From Eledone cirrhosa (Eukaryota): a DNA stretch of 64,000 bases. This document shows positions 1 through 12,916 of this stretch, piece by piece. The notes under the pieces were generated by a model. That model saw only the letters and a list, made by a program, of their open reading frames with translations, had not been told where the DNA came from and did no database searches. Each line of letters starts with the position of its first letter. Positions within the stretch are counted from its first letter, which is position 1. The position numbers and the translations under genes were made by a program. The DNA is taken from contig OZ024740.1 of the NCBI GenBank assembly GCA_964016885.1, forward strand, positions 143,220,001 to 143,284,000, given 5' to 3'.

Positions 1-40
1 TTCCACGTAAACATTTATCTATCTATCTTTCTGTTTCTTG

Positions 41-100
<60 letters not shown>

Positions 101-473
101 CATATCTATCTATCTATTGAATTTACCTTTCTCACCTAATTTTATTTTTATTGTCTTTGTTTGGTTTGTTACTGTCTGTGTAACTACTTTGCTTTATAAT
201 GTTATGACATAGTTTGTCTAATCCACATATGGCAACGTTCTATGATATTAATTAGCCAGAAGTCAACATACTTTCAACTATAAAAGTGAACAAATTACAT
301 ATAAAACATAAAATAAATGCAAATAAAAACATAAAATAGATGTAGATAGGTGCAGGCATGGCTGGAGATTACTTCACAATCACAAGGTTTCTGGTTCAGT
401 TCAACAGCATGGCACCTTAGACAAATCTCCTCTATCATGATCTCTATATATATTAACATAATGATCTTCTGCA

Positions 474-1415
474 CCCATGAACATGGCCACAAGATACTCA
501 AACTTCTTGATTTGCTTCAGTGGAACTCCATTTATATGAAGAGTTCACTGTACAGGCTTCCTTGAGAGGAAGAGTGTCTCAGATTTTGCAGAACTGATTT
601 TCATTCCAGCCATGCACCACTCACCATTAAATCAATCAAGTGAAAGTCAGAGATCACCTTCTGTCGAGTTAAGTAATACTATGTCATCAGCACATTCCAG
701 CTGACTGATTCTACACTTTCCAGTCATGATACCAATTCCAGCCTGACTGCGCCTAATCCTGTTCATGAAAATAATGAACAGGAGAGGTGACAGTATGCAC
801 CCTTGGCAGAGTCCAACTTCCACATTGAATGGTTTTGATTTAGGATCATTTATCCAAACACAAATACTCAGACATTTGTATAGAGTGATGGAAGACAGGA
901 GGCTGAATTAAGTGCAAGAATGGCAGGAGCTGGTGCAGTAATGTGCCAGCTCCACATTCGGTAATCAGAAGAAGGGAAGTAGGTGTAAAAGCGAAACTCA
1001 CTATCTCAATTCGGTATTTGTGCCAACTCTTACCTATCATGAATCTTGGGTAATGGCCAAAAGAATATGATCGCAAACACAAGCAGCCAAAATGGGGTTC
1101 CTCTGAAGGATTTTTGGAGTAACATTACTCAATAGAGTGAGTAGCCTGGAGATTGAGAGATCTCAGCTCTGATACTATGGGTATGTAGCTAGAATATCTT
1201 GGGAAAGAATTGCTGGACAGATTTTACAGGCAAAGACCAACCGGCAGGAAACCCAGGGGTTGTCTCTGAACAAGATGGTTGGATAAGATTCATGAGTTCA
1301 GCTGGTCTCACTTGCAGATCAGTTGGAAATGATTGCTTCTGACAGGACCCACTGGAAGGAATGTTTGAGGACTATACCCCCACAACCCTTTCAGGAATAA
1401 GTAGGCACAGGAGAA
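474..1415 (+). mobile_element. RTE-clade LINE (Expander/Rex3-like), 5'-truncated with an inverted 5' part
   Basis: 474-885 matches the RT region of the copy at ~55050-55460 in reverse orientation. 886-1415 continues the same sequence on +. An 11-bp direct repeat GATCTTCTGCA flanks it at 463-473 and 1416-1426. Confidence 0.85.
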
Positions 1416-1534
1416 GATCTTCTGCATTTACTAACTACATAATGTTCCTCGTAAATCATTGATCAATATATATATATGTGTGTGTGTGTGTAGATTTATA
1501 CACACATACACACATAATATATATATATATATAT

Positions 1535-1760
1535 ATCATCATCATCATAACCATTTTACATCCATTCTTCCACACTAGCATGGGTTAGACGGGTTGTCCT
1601 GTTGTGGGCAATGCCAGGTCAGGTGACCATGTCTTGCTCATATAGAACTGATTTGGGTTTGATTTCTACAGTTGGATGCACTTCCTAACACCAATCTCAT
1701 TTACAGTGAGTTCTGGGTGCTTTTTACCATAGTGCCTACACAACCACTTTACAGACATAT
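1535..1760 (-). mobile_element. RTE-tail SINE or non-autonomous RTE 3' fragment
   Basis: Reverse complement of the recurrent module TGTTAGGAAG..CATCC...AACCCATGCTAG...(GAT)n. Confidence 0.75.
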
Positions 1761-2504
1761 ATATAAATATATATGTATATAAATCTTTTCAACTAGTTCA
1801 CCTCTGAGGGTTGCATTGATGAACATTACACTCTGGTATTTATTGTTGTCATACCATGACTTACAGATTTAGAAGGGCTCTAGACAAACTGAAATTAAAT
1901 ATTAAGATTAGTAGAACATACCCTTTTGAGAAAACCCCTGCACTGATACAAAATGTATTGTCTGTAAATAAACCCACAAAACTGGAATGTAGTATATAGC
2001 ATGAGGTGTACAGAGGGACAGTGTAGGAATAGGAACATGACTTACATAGAGCAGACACCCTATAGCATAGGAGAAAGGATAAATGAACACTGGTGAGAAC
2101 TCCGAGATGAGGAAAACTCATCAGTACACTACCAAAATGCAAGAATGGAAGATGGGGATACACTAAAGAACATAAATAAAAATCATATCCATATACAGAC
2201 AGATGCAATACTCTGATAGATTACAGAGGTGACAAACAAATAATCTCCAACCAAAACTAAACGGAAAACATGAGTGGAATAACAATAACATCACAACTAG
2301 TAACTAAGGACAAGATAAAGACATACAATGTCTTTGCAAGTTTTTAAAATTGATAATGCCCTTCTCAGAGCATGGAACACTATTGTTGTTATTATTGATT
2401 ATAGTATTCCCTTTTATGTCCAAGGTCACCAGCCAAGTTGACAATCCCCAAGTTGAAAATCAGCCATGCAAACATTTTTTGTGTGTATATATATTTATAT
2501 ATTG

Positions 2505-3537
2505 GCCGGTGTTCTGGTGCAATAAGTAGCAGCAAGTGCCCACAAAATACTAGCTCTTTCAATTGCGCAGAGGGTTCTATAGAAATAGTGGACAGCTTCC
2601 GTTACCTGGGCGATAAAATCAGCAGTGGGGGAGGGTGCTCTGAAAGTACTGTAGCTAGAGTCAGAACTGGTTGGAAAAAGTTCAGAGAGCTTATACCACT
2701 ATTAGCTGCTAAAGGGTTCTCCCTAAAAATGAAAGGCAGGTTGTACGATGCCTGCATACGAACAGCAATGTTGCATGGTAGTGAGACCTGGGCATTGTGT
2801 GCAGAGGATATACGCAGACTAGAGAGGAACGAAGCTTGCATGCTCCGCTGGATGTGTAACAGTAATATACGTGAACGGCAAAGCATAAACGAACTAAGGA
2901 AAAAATTAGAGATAAGAGGGATCAGATGTTGTTTACTCGAGAGAAGGCTGCGTTGGTATGGACACGTGATGCGCATGAAAGTCGATAGCTGTATTACAAA
3001 GTGCAGGGCAATAAAGATAGACGGTAGCCACGGAATAGGCAGACCTAGAAAAACATGGGATGAGCTGATAAACTCCGACCTCACACACTTACACCTCTCC
3101 AAGACAATGTCACTGGACCGTGACCTTTGGCGGTACTCAGTAACAGAGAAGACCCGCCTTGCCAGTAGGCATCTCTAACAAACTACACCCCGTCCCGCCA
3201 CCACCCCCACCCCATCCACACCACCCCGTTCCATGTAAAGTTATGTTGGTGCCGCGCCATCCAGGCCGAAACAAACGAGATCGTGTAGGTGTCACGACAA
3301 AAAAACACACAGTCCACGCTGTAATGTGGCCGTGTAGGCAACACGGTAAAAACCTCCCAGACCCACACTGTAAATGTGGTTGGTGTTAGGAAGGGCATCC
3401 AACTGTAGAAAACCTGCCAGACAGTCCTATGCGAGCAAGACAATCACTCTTGCCTCAAGTGGGACTACCCCCGTCCAAACCCATGCAAGCGTGGAACACG
3501 GACGTTAAACGTTGATGATGATGATGATGATGATGAT
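2505..3537 (+). mobile_element. RTE LINE 3' fragment (PHD-bearing lineage)
   Basis: ORF 2438-3178 contains VDSFRYLG...LHGSETW...RRLRWYGHVMRM...GRPRKTW. It is followed by a 3' UTR and (GAT)n tail and is nearly identical to 58870-59933. Confidence 0.92.
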
Positions 3538-3689
3538 ATATGTGCGTATGTGTATGTATATATTTTTGTAAGGCAATCATGCTGGTGACATGACAAAAAA
3601 CACCCATCACTCAATGCTAATATGTGGGTTTGGCTACTGATGTGGGATTCTACATTTGTATCATTACCACTTTTGGTATCTATAACAAG

Positions 3690-3970
3690 TCTAAGTCTAA
3701 AGTCTGTCTTAAGCCAGAGGCTCATTTGGCCGGTGCTTATCCCGGTTTCATGGCGTGAAGCGACTGAGAGTACCAGACCTCCCCCCCCCCCCTGGACAGT
3801 TATCGCAGGGTTAAACCCCCAGCTATTGCTGGTACTCATTTTCAGCTGAGTATACTGGAGCAACGTGAAATGAAGTGTTTTGCTCAAGAACACAACACGC
3901 AACCCAGGTATCGAACCCACAACATTATGATCATAAGTCCAACACCCTTACCACTAGGCCACATGCCTCC
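3690..3970 (-). mobile_element. tRNA-derived SINE with CORE-like central domain, full length
   Basis: Minus strand shows A box TGGCCTAGTGG, B box GGTTCGATACC and TGTGTTCTTGAGCAAAACACTT. An 11-bp target-site duplication TCTATAACAAG sits at 3679-3689 and 3971-3981. Confidence 0.88.
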
Positions 3971-4639
3971 TCTATAACAAGCAGAGTGTTAATAATAATA
4001 AAAAGCAGCAACAAAGTGTCAATATAACATCAATATATTTTTTATATTCACATGTGGCACACATTTCACAATTGATCATCTCAAGATATGATTAGTCATG
4101 ACCACACCCGACCACACTCAGACTTGGACATTTTTGAATGAATGAAATTATCTCTACCATACTGTTATATATATGCTTAAGGCATTGCTAACTCAGAATT
4201 GGTTGTAGTATCAGTGTACATCTTTGGAGTTCATTGATTGTGGGTGGGAAGGGTGTTTACTTGGGTTTGTGGTGGAGGTGTGTGTAACAATTAAATGTTT
4301 TCTTTGACGCACATAATTTTAACTGATTAGCAATAATAGACTAATAAAATAATAAAATAATGAAGATACAAGACAAGAGGAGGAAAGTAAGTAGTAAAGG
4401 ATATATAGATAAAAGGAAGAAAGAAGGAAAGAAAAAAAAAAGGGAAAAGACAGTTCAGTGATAGATTAACACTAGTACCATCAAAGAAGTGTGTGTATAC
4501 ATGCCGCAAGCAAGTGTTATGGGGATTATTTTAAACAGTTCCTATTGTAGGAGTCAGGATGCCTATGTCACTATCAAGTGAATCATCTGATATCTATATG
4601 TATATGTACATACACACATACACAGCTGTTAAATGCTGT

Positions 4640-5352
4640 GGGTGAAAGCAGCTTGGTGTGGCGGCAGGTGGCAGGCAGACCCCTTGGTTCAATCAAAAGG
4701 TCAAAGATGACATCCAAGCAAAGAAGGAGGCTTACAAAGCTTGGCTTGGAAATAAGTCCTCCTTCTTGCACTTGTGGTACAAGCAGGCATAAAAAGTCAC
4801 AGAAGAGACAGTAAAGGGGTCCAACGTTAAGACATGGGAGGACTTAGTTGGAATCTGACATCAGATCAGCAAATAAAGTGTTCTGGGAGACCATCCATCA
4901 ACTTTGTAATAAGTCCTCCTCCATGCCTGCTATCAGGAATGTATCAGGAATCTCCTATCTTCAGAGAGGTACAGCCTCATAAGGAGGAGGAATACTTTGC
5001 TATCTCCTAAACCCAGTCACAACCGCAATTAAATAATTCAAATGTTGCAAGGTCGCTGGAGATGATGATATTTGGCCCAAGATGTTAAAAGCCTTAAAGC
5101 AAGAAAGTATTCTTTGGCTGACTACTGTATGCCAGGTTGCCAGGATCTTTTGAAAGGTATCCAAGCAATGGCACTTGGGAGTGATAATCCCAATTTTCAA
5201 AAAAGCAGACAAGAAGGATTGCTCAATTATAGAGCGATCTTTTTATTAAGACTCCCCAGTAAAGTCTATGCTAAGTGTCTGGCAAAACAATGTAGGGATA
5301 TGGTTGAATCCAAGCTATCTGACAGTGTGGTTTTTGCCCTGGATGCAGCACA
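4640..5352 (+). mobile_element. Expander/Rex3-like RTE fragment (start of RT), degraded
   Basis: NYRAIFLLRLPSKVYAKCLAKQCRDMVESKL; homologous to 54530-54880. Confidence 0.75.
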
Positions 5353-5517
5353 TGATGATGATGATGATGATGATGATGATAGTGAATAGATTAATGAAAT
5401 AAAGCAAGTGAGCGGATGTCAATTAATAGAAGAATGCTAAAGAAACTTCTGGTGGATTAAAGGTGCCTATGATAATAATGTTTAAGATGATGATGATGAG
5501 GATAAATAGGAGATACT

Positions 5518-5915
5518 TCTTTTTCTTCTTCTTTGCCCACTTATTCCTGGGAGGGTTCATGGGAGCAGAGCCCTCAAACACTCTTTCTAGCAGGTCTTGT
5601 TAGAAGCAACCTTCTCCAACTGATCCAGCTGGATCCCCAAGCATGACCAGCTGAACTCATCGATGTTATCCAACCATCTCGCTCAGAGTCTACCCCTAGG
5701 TCTCTTGCCAATTGGTTTTGCCTATAAAATCTGTCCAGCGATTCTTTCTTTAGACATTCCAACCACATGTTCTTAGCATCAGAGCTGTGATCTCTCAATT
5801 CAGAGAAGTAGTGACTCTACCTGAAGTGACTCCCTGATCTCCAAGCTATGCACTCTATCAATCATTACCAAAGATTCATGACCATAGGTAAGGAGATACT
5901 GATAAACAAAATCAA
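5518..5915 (-). mobile_element. Expander/Rex3-like RTE 3' end
   Basis: Reverse-complement similarity to 1010-1415, with a (GAA)n tail. Confidence 0.7.
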
Positions 5916-6602
5916 TGAATTAAAATCATAAAGCATAATAAATTAATAGAAAATTAATAAAAATAAAAATAAATAGAATAATAAAAAGAATGAATAAAAT
6001 AGAATAAAGTAGTCTGGTGATCAACTGATGAATATTTGCTGAATAGATGATGATGGTGATGATAAGAGAATAGTGGAGATGGTGTATAAGATGATGATAA
6101 AATGAGTGAATATTAGTTAATAAATAAACAAAATTAGAAAAAGGCATTTCTAGTAAATATGGTGAAGGTAAGAATGGTGTATAACAATAGTGATGATAAA
6201 ACTATTTTCTAGTATGATGCTGCCATAAAATGGAAAAAACAGAAAAAAGGGAATTTATTAAAATTAAAAACAGAATTAAGGACAATTTGAAATGGAAAAT
6301 GTGTACTAATTCCCATATCCCACTAACAATCATATGCGTACCGTATTCTTCCATGTATACCATGCAGTTTTTTTCATTTTTTTCTTTGTTTGTTTTTGGA
6401 GTGCATGGTATACACCATGACTAAATGTTTTCAGCTTTTTTTAGACTTCATCAGTAACCTGAGACAGGCTGTCTTGTTGAAACTTCCATTTGTCTACTAT
6501 ATCATATATATTTAGCTCCTCCTTCTTCTCGTCAAACAAAAGTTCTTTAGCTTCCATACCCTCCTTCTCCATTTATATATATATATATGTATGTCTGTGT
6601 AC

Positions 6603-6635
<33 letters not shown>

Positions 6636-6637
<2 letters not shown>

Positions 6638-7817
6638 GGTTTGAAGGTTCACCAGTGGATAGAGCTGGTCAATTCCGTATGGTCAATCTTGATGTAATAA
6701 TATGGAGAGTACTCAACGTAAAGCAGCTCAACCGTCTTCATTTGTATAGTTGGTGGTGCGAGTACGGAGGTAAATATTATAATAAAATAACAGGAGGCTG
6801 GACTTGTGTAAATCCTTGAAAGGTTTATTATACTATGATCATTTCATGCCTCCTCTACTTAAACAAATCCCCCTCCTGTGTAAATTAATAGTACTCGTTT
6901 GGTATAAGGATGGCCTAACGATGATGGCTGACTTCCCACTGGCGCACCTGAAGCCTGGAATACATTCCTAGAGTGCTTGGAAAAATTGATTTCCATATCT
7001 TTCGCTAGGCGATCTCACTCGGAATGGCTGACACGTGGTTAGGATGGGCTGGCCGGAGTCTGCAGTCGCCGCATGCTGTTTGACTGCTAAACAAGGACAT
7101 AATCTTCACTCTACATCCCACTCGGATAACTTATAGAGGATCTCTATAATACAATTAAAGTTTCTTCATAAAATATTCTTTCTTTAACTAAACCTCGCAA
7201 CCCCAAACCTTAAAAAAATTTTTAAACTGTTTCATTTTTAATTTTCTAATTTTTTTATTTTATAATGTTAATCTTTAATTTTTTTAACTTCATCCTATAA
7301 ATCTAAACAAATATTTAATGTTCCAAGCTTCTTGTTCACACATTATACCATGTAGACCCCTACTATATATACCTCTGTTATAATATATACCTCTGTTAAG
7401 AGGTATATATTATAACAGTCCCTTAGAATAACTTTTTTCGCAGCAATTCCTGGCCTGACTGTAGCATGACATTAACGCTGACTTTTCTTCTTCTTCTTCC
7501 TTTCTGTTTTTCTTCTCTTTGACCAGGAGGTTAGTAGCACACTATAAGCTTTAGCCCCCTCACTAGATAGCCTTAAATAGGCCGAATAGGCAGCACTTGA
7601 GGGCAACCGGCTAAAGTGGAAGATGCTAGATGGTTGGTCATCCTCGGGTCTATGATTTTCAGCCCCATGGATTTTATCTGTTACATTCATTTATTATATT
7701 TCGAATACCTGATGATATCACCGGATTCATACAGAACCCGGTCATTGAAATGATCATAGTATAATAAACCTTTCAAGGATTTACACAAGTCCAGCCTCCT
7801 GTTATTTTATTATAATA
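6636..7817. mobile_element. Penelope-like element remnant with inverted pseudo-LTR segments
   Basis: Perfect ~72-bp inverted repeat (6775-6846 vs 7746-7817), a hammerhead motif in the right arm, and (TA)n on both sides. No RT or GIY-YIG ORF recognised. Confidence 0.65.
7705..7762 (+). ncRNA. Type I hammerhead ribozyme motif (minimal, palindromic stem III)
   Basis: ATAC-CTGATGA-[stem II ACCGGATTC/GAACCCGGT]-GAAA-TGATC-ATA-GTAT. Stem I is ATAC/GTAT and the cleavage triplet AUA is at 7756-7758. Confidence 0.72.
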
Positions 7818-7871
7818 TATATATATATATATATATACCTAGGTGACCAAATTATATATATATGTATATAT

Positions 7872-8724
7872 ACCTAGGTGACCAAATTAGCAGCGGAGGT
7901 GGGTGTTCTGAAAGTACAGTAACCAGGGTAATAATGGGAGTTACTACCACTGCTAGCTGCAAAAGGCTTTTCTCTCAAAACGAAAGGCAGAATGTATGAT
8001 GCATGCATACGAACAGCAATGTTACATGGTAGCGAGACCTAGGCGCTGTATGTAGAAGACTTGTGTAGATTAGAAAGAAATGAAGCTTGCATGCTCTGAT
8101 GGATGTATAATAGTAATATATGCGAACGGCAAAGCATAAACGAATTGAGAGACTGAACATAAGAGGAATCAAATGCTGTGTGCAGGAGAAGAGGGTGCGT
8201 TGGTATGGACATGTGATACGTATGAAGGATGACAGCTGCAAAAAAAAGGTGCAGAGCACTAAAAGTTGATAGAAGCCGTGGAGTGGGGAGACCCAGGAAG
8301 ACCTGGGATGAGGTGATAAAAGTAGACCTTGCCCAATTGCACCTCTCAGGACCGTGACATCTGGCGTCACGCAGTAATACAGAAGACCCAACTTCCCACA
8401 GGAACAAGCCGAAGCTGAAGCATATAGACAATATGCGCCCATCCCCTCCCACTGCAAAGTGGTCGTGGAGATGCCACGACAAAAAAGTACCCAGTCCACA
8501 CTGTAAAGTGGACGTGTAGGCGCCATGGTTAAAAAGCACCCAGTACTCACTGTAAATGAGGTTGGTGTTAGGAAGGGCATCCAACTGTAGAAATCAAGCC
8601 AAAATCAGTTCCTGTATGAGCAAGACAAGGTCACCCGACCTAACATCGCCCACAACAGGACAACCCGTCTAACCCATGCTTGTGTGGAAGAATGGACATA
8701 AAACAGTGATGATGATGATGATGA
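7872..8724 (+). mobile_element. RTE LINE 3' fragment, degraded
   Basis: Homologous to 2600-3130, with stops, 3' module and (GAT)n tail. A second tail in opposite orientation abuts it at 8725-8835. Confidence 0.85.
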
Positions 8725-10574
8725 TCATCATCATCATCACCGTTTTACGTCCGTTCTTCCACGCTAGCATGGGTTAGACGGGTTGTCCTGTTGTGGGCAG
8801 TGTCCAGTCGGCTGACCTTGTCATACTCATACGATGTCCTGCTCATACAATCTTCTAATTCCACAGTGATACTCTCCACATGAAACCTATGTACTATTTT
8901 ATATTTTATTTAATTAGGGATTTATCCCTACTTCAAAAAGTATGAAAAGACTATACTTCTCTGGTTAGGTCATGATAAGATTAAAACATGTTCAGACTAA
9001 CCAGAAAAAGGAAAATAAGATTAACTATTGATTGTTACTGTTTGTTGCTTCACTACACATATATTTATAGTTAGCTTTTTTATGATTAATACATTAATTA
9101 TATATATCAACTACTAACTTATCTATTGATTTATGAAAGCTTAGCTAGTCTAGTTTTGCTTACATACTCTGGTAGGTAACAATCTCTTCAGTAATATACA
9201 GCCATGTCATTTATTCTGTGAATTTACTTGGAAACATCTGAACCATATTCTTAGCATTAATATCTTAAAATTCCTTGGTCAGCCATAAGCTATTCTTTTC
9301 ATTTTGATATGGCCTCATGGGGTTTGTAACTAAATTCTTCTATGTTTTACCTGGTGGAGATTTGAAATCAAATCTAAAATTTCTTGCTTCTAAAACCACC
9401 TATTGTTAGGTATTCTTACCATTGTCCTGTCAAAAGACAACTATGATAAACATATATACCACTTGACCTGTAACCCCAGAGACTTGACAGACGATAGACA
9501 AATGGCCACTATTGTCTTAAAAACCATATACACATCCTTCTAACTATAGTATTCTTATAAATACAATTGCTTTGAGAACTGAACCAGAGATAGTTGATTA
9601 CAGAGACGAAAGATGAACGTTCTACTAACACTATGAATTTCTCTACATGAATACAGTCTTCTACCTACTATCCTCTCACATTTCATATTCACTCGACAGA
9701 TTGACCCCTAATACCATGTATGCTAAGGATTAACACACACACACACACAGTAGGTTTCCTTATATTGTTCCCTTCTACACTTTATTTATCCTTTCGACTT
9801 CCTGTCATTTCTCTACAACCGTAAAGTACAACACAACTTCTACTGTATCGTTTTCTTTGATACATGCATTTACGCTAGCTCAAAGTAGCTAGTAAGACAA
9901 TTAATGTAGTGATAATTGTATCAGGTTTTTATTACTCAATATTCAATGTGCCAACAAGTGAATTTTATTATTATCATTCATCCTGCAAAGAATACATCCT
10001 ATCCGCTAATAATGGTGACCCCTATCACTACAGGTTTAAAAAGTTCTGGAAGATGTAGGCCACCAGCTTGGAGAATCTACATTTCACAAAAGGTCTTGTG
10101 TATATGGAATCATATCAACAATTTTAGTATATTTAATAAACTTATATTTAATCTTGTTGTAAAATTAAAGACCTGTAGTTATGTCTTTTGCTACCATATT
10201 TCTAATGAACTGTGTGACACCTTGAGCAAGTGTCTTCTACTATAGCCTTGTGAGTGAAATTTAGTAGATGGAAACTGTGCAGAAGTCTATCATATATATT
10301 ATCCTTTAATTCCATTCTCCTCTCTCTCTATGCATGGGGCCCAAAATTAATTTTTTGGGCCATTATAAATAATATACAAGGGTTCTGATGAAATTTTCAG
10401 CCAGAGGCCCCATGCAAGCATATTCTTCTCCTGCCCACTTCAAGAAAAAAGTTATTTTCATGCCTGGTCTACAGCATAATCTGTTAGCTTCTGGAACACT
10501 CAGAAAATTGGTGTAAACATTCCAAGAATTTTTTCCATTAATTCATGATTTAAAATTGAACACAAAATAAAAAC

Positions 10575-11238
10575 TAAGTTTCTTTAAGTAAATTTATTGG
10601 TAAGTAATATATTTACATCTTATGACATATTTACATCTTATGATACATATATGTCAGTCGATTGTGATGCATGTGTCAATCATTGGAGATCATACATTTG
10701 TCATTCATTTATGACATATATCAGTTATTTGTAACACATATGTCAGTCATTTGTGACACACATGGGCTAGCCATTTGTAACATATGTGTATGAGTGATTT
10801 GGGAAAAAAACATTAGTGATTTGCGATATGCATGCATTTGTCTCGAATGTTATTTGGTGTCAGAAATATGTACAATGTATCAGCAACTTGTGACAGTTAC
10901 ATATTGCTGATATGCATTTATGATACAGCTATTTACAACTACTTTTGAAGTGAATGCATCTGTAATTTGTGACATATATATAAGAGCAATCTGTACCTAG
11001 AACCTTTATAGGTGACAGCTGTGCATCTGTCATTTGTGGCATTCATGTAAAAGTAATGGAAACTTTTGGTCAGAAATATTTACAGCTACTTGTAAAATGT
11101 ATAATTTAATTCAACAATATCATGTTCTTTGTGGCAATCATGTAACTGTGATCTGTGACAAACATGTATTTGTATTATGTATGTACCATAAATTGTGTTA
11201 ATTAGAAATATTTACAGCTGCTTGTGAAATAGATGTAT
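10575..11238 (-). other. Candidate terminal exon / 3' UTR of the minus-strand membrane-protein gene
   Basis: Strong acceptor CCTTTCTTTTCTTCTCATTGCAG ends at 11239. AATAAA lies on the minus strand at 10593-10598 with a T-rich tract downstream. The interior is a degenerate ~22-bp repeat. Confidence 0.4.
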
Positions 11239-12356
11239 CTGCAATGAGAAGAAAAGAAAGGTTTAATACATCATGGATGGAGAATATGTTTTATGATGTA
11301 TGATAAGCATTATGTTCTCAACTTTAGCTTCCACCTAAAGCTCACTCTAACATATCATTCATTCACATTATATATCTGTATAATCGCACTGCACAATCAA
11401 TACCTTTGCTTACCAGCCACATATTCCACTCATTCATATCCACACTTTAATGTAAAATAACATTATGTATACATCCAGCAAAGTTGTTCAGTTCATTCCT
11501 ATCTAGCTTCTATACACCTTCACTTATTAAAAATTATAGGCAGTGAATTGGTAGCCATTGGAGTGTCAGATTGAATACCTCAGTATTTGTTCAAATTCTG
11601 CTGAAGTCGACTTTGCTTTTCATCTTTTCAGGATCATTAAATAAAGTACCAGTCCAGGGACAGTGGATTGGTGTAATTGCTAAAAAGTCAGATGGGATGT
11701 TTTGTATCTGATCTGGCTATGTGTATTCAAATCTCACTTCTTTCTTCCAGGTGTTGCAACCAGAATATAGTATCAGCAATGGAAAAAAATCAATGGAAAC
11801 AGTGTTTCCATGGTTTGATCTGATAATTGGCTCCTTTTTATATTAATATTAATAAGTTGCATCTCAGATGACTAGGTATTTAGATACGTTGTGCTTTATT
11901 CTTCGAAATAATCTTTGTTAATTCTCCCTTAGTTGTTCATTTAATTGTTAGGACTCATAAGTTAATGAGTGTGTGTATGTGTATGTGTGTAAATAAGGAA
12001 CAGTTCTCTTCTTTCAATATGCTACATTGAAAACATGACTGTGCTTCAGTTTGATCATTTTTATTAAGGATTTTATGTATTTCCTTGTTAGGTTTTTATG
12101 CTTAGTTTGGAACAATAGTGTTTCTAAATCTAAACATGTATTAACGTTTCAAAGCCTTCTCAGTTCCAGCTTCAGTATCTAAATGGTCATACTAGTGGTG
12201 TATTAGTCATGTAGCTAGCAGTGATTGAAAAGTATCATGGGAGTGATAGGAGATCATGGATGCCTGATTCAAAATGTCTCAATGGTTGAAGCATAGCATT
12301 TATTATAATTAGTTTCACATATGCTGTATCTGCATATTAATTTTTGATTTATATGA

Positions 12357-12648
12357 AGACCCGCCTCTCCCATGGGTTCAAGGCGAAGCTGAAGCATATA
12401 GACAATATGCCCCCACCCCCTCCCATTGCAAAGTGGTTGTGGAGGTGCCACTGCAAAAAAGCACCCAGCACTAACTGTAAATGAGGTTGGTGTTAGGAAG
12501 GGCATCCAGCTGTAGAAATCAAACCAAAATCAGTTTCTGTATAAGCAAGACAAGGTCAGCCAACCAGGCACTGCTCACAACAGGACAACCCGTCCAACCC
12601 ATGCTAGCGTGGAAGAATGGACGTAAAACAGTGATGATGATGATAATG
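12357..12648 (+). mobile_element. RTE 3' UTR/tail fragment
   Basis: Close match to 8382-8720. Confidence 0.8.
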
Positions 12649-12679
12649 ATTCTCATATTAAAAGAGTCTCCATAGCTAT

Positions 12680-12809
12680 TCACTTTGTTTTGCGTGGCAC
12701 TCTATAAAGAATTATAGCATTATCTACTAATGTAGTCCTATCTTTATTTTCTACATGTACTGTATGGCAATGCGTTGCAATGGTACTTTTTTGTAAGTGA
12801 ACTGTTAAC
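12680..12809 (-). CDS. Coding exon (C-terminal tail) of a single-pass membrane protein
   Basis: Acceptor TTTTCCTGTAG; phase-2 entry reads (P)LTVHLQKSTIATHCHTVHVENKDRTTLVDNAIILYRVPRKTK*, matching the phase of the upstream exon. Confidence 0.6.
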
Positions 12810-12916
12810 CTACAGGAAAATGTAGTGCCTATATGAGTGATGCAATAATTTTGGTCATGAAGTCTGCCACTTTCATGCCCACATTTAAATTTATATATTA
12901 CATTGATCATTTGCTG

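Noticed and set aside
2345-2395. Hammerhead-like TTGATAA-TGCCC..GAGCA-TGGAAC
   Set aside because: Both core motifs are mutated; at most a dead Penelope remnant.
3880-3970. tRNA gene-like A/B boxes here and in other SINE heads
   Set aside because: They continue into SINE bodies with tails and TSDs and give no full cloverleaf.
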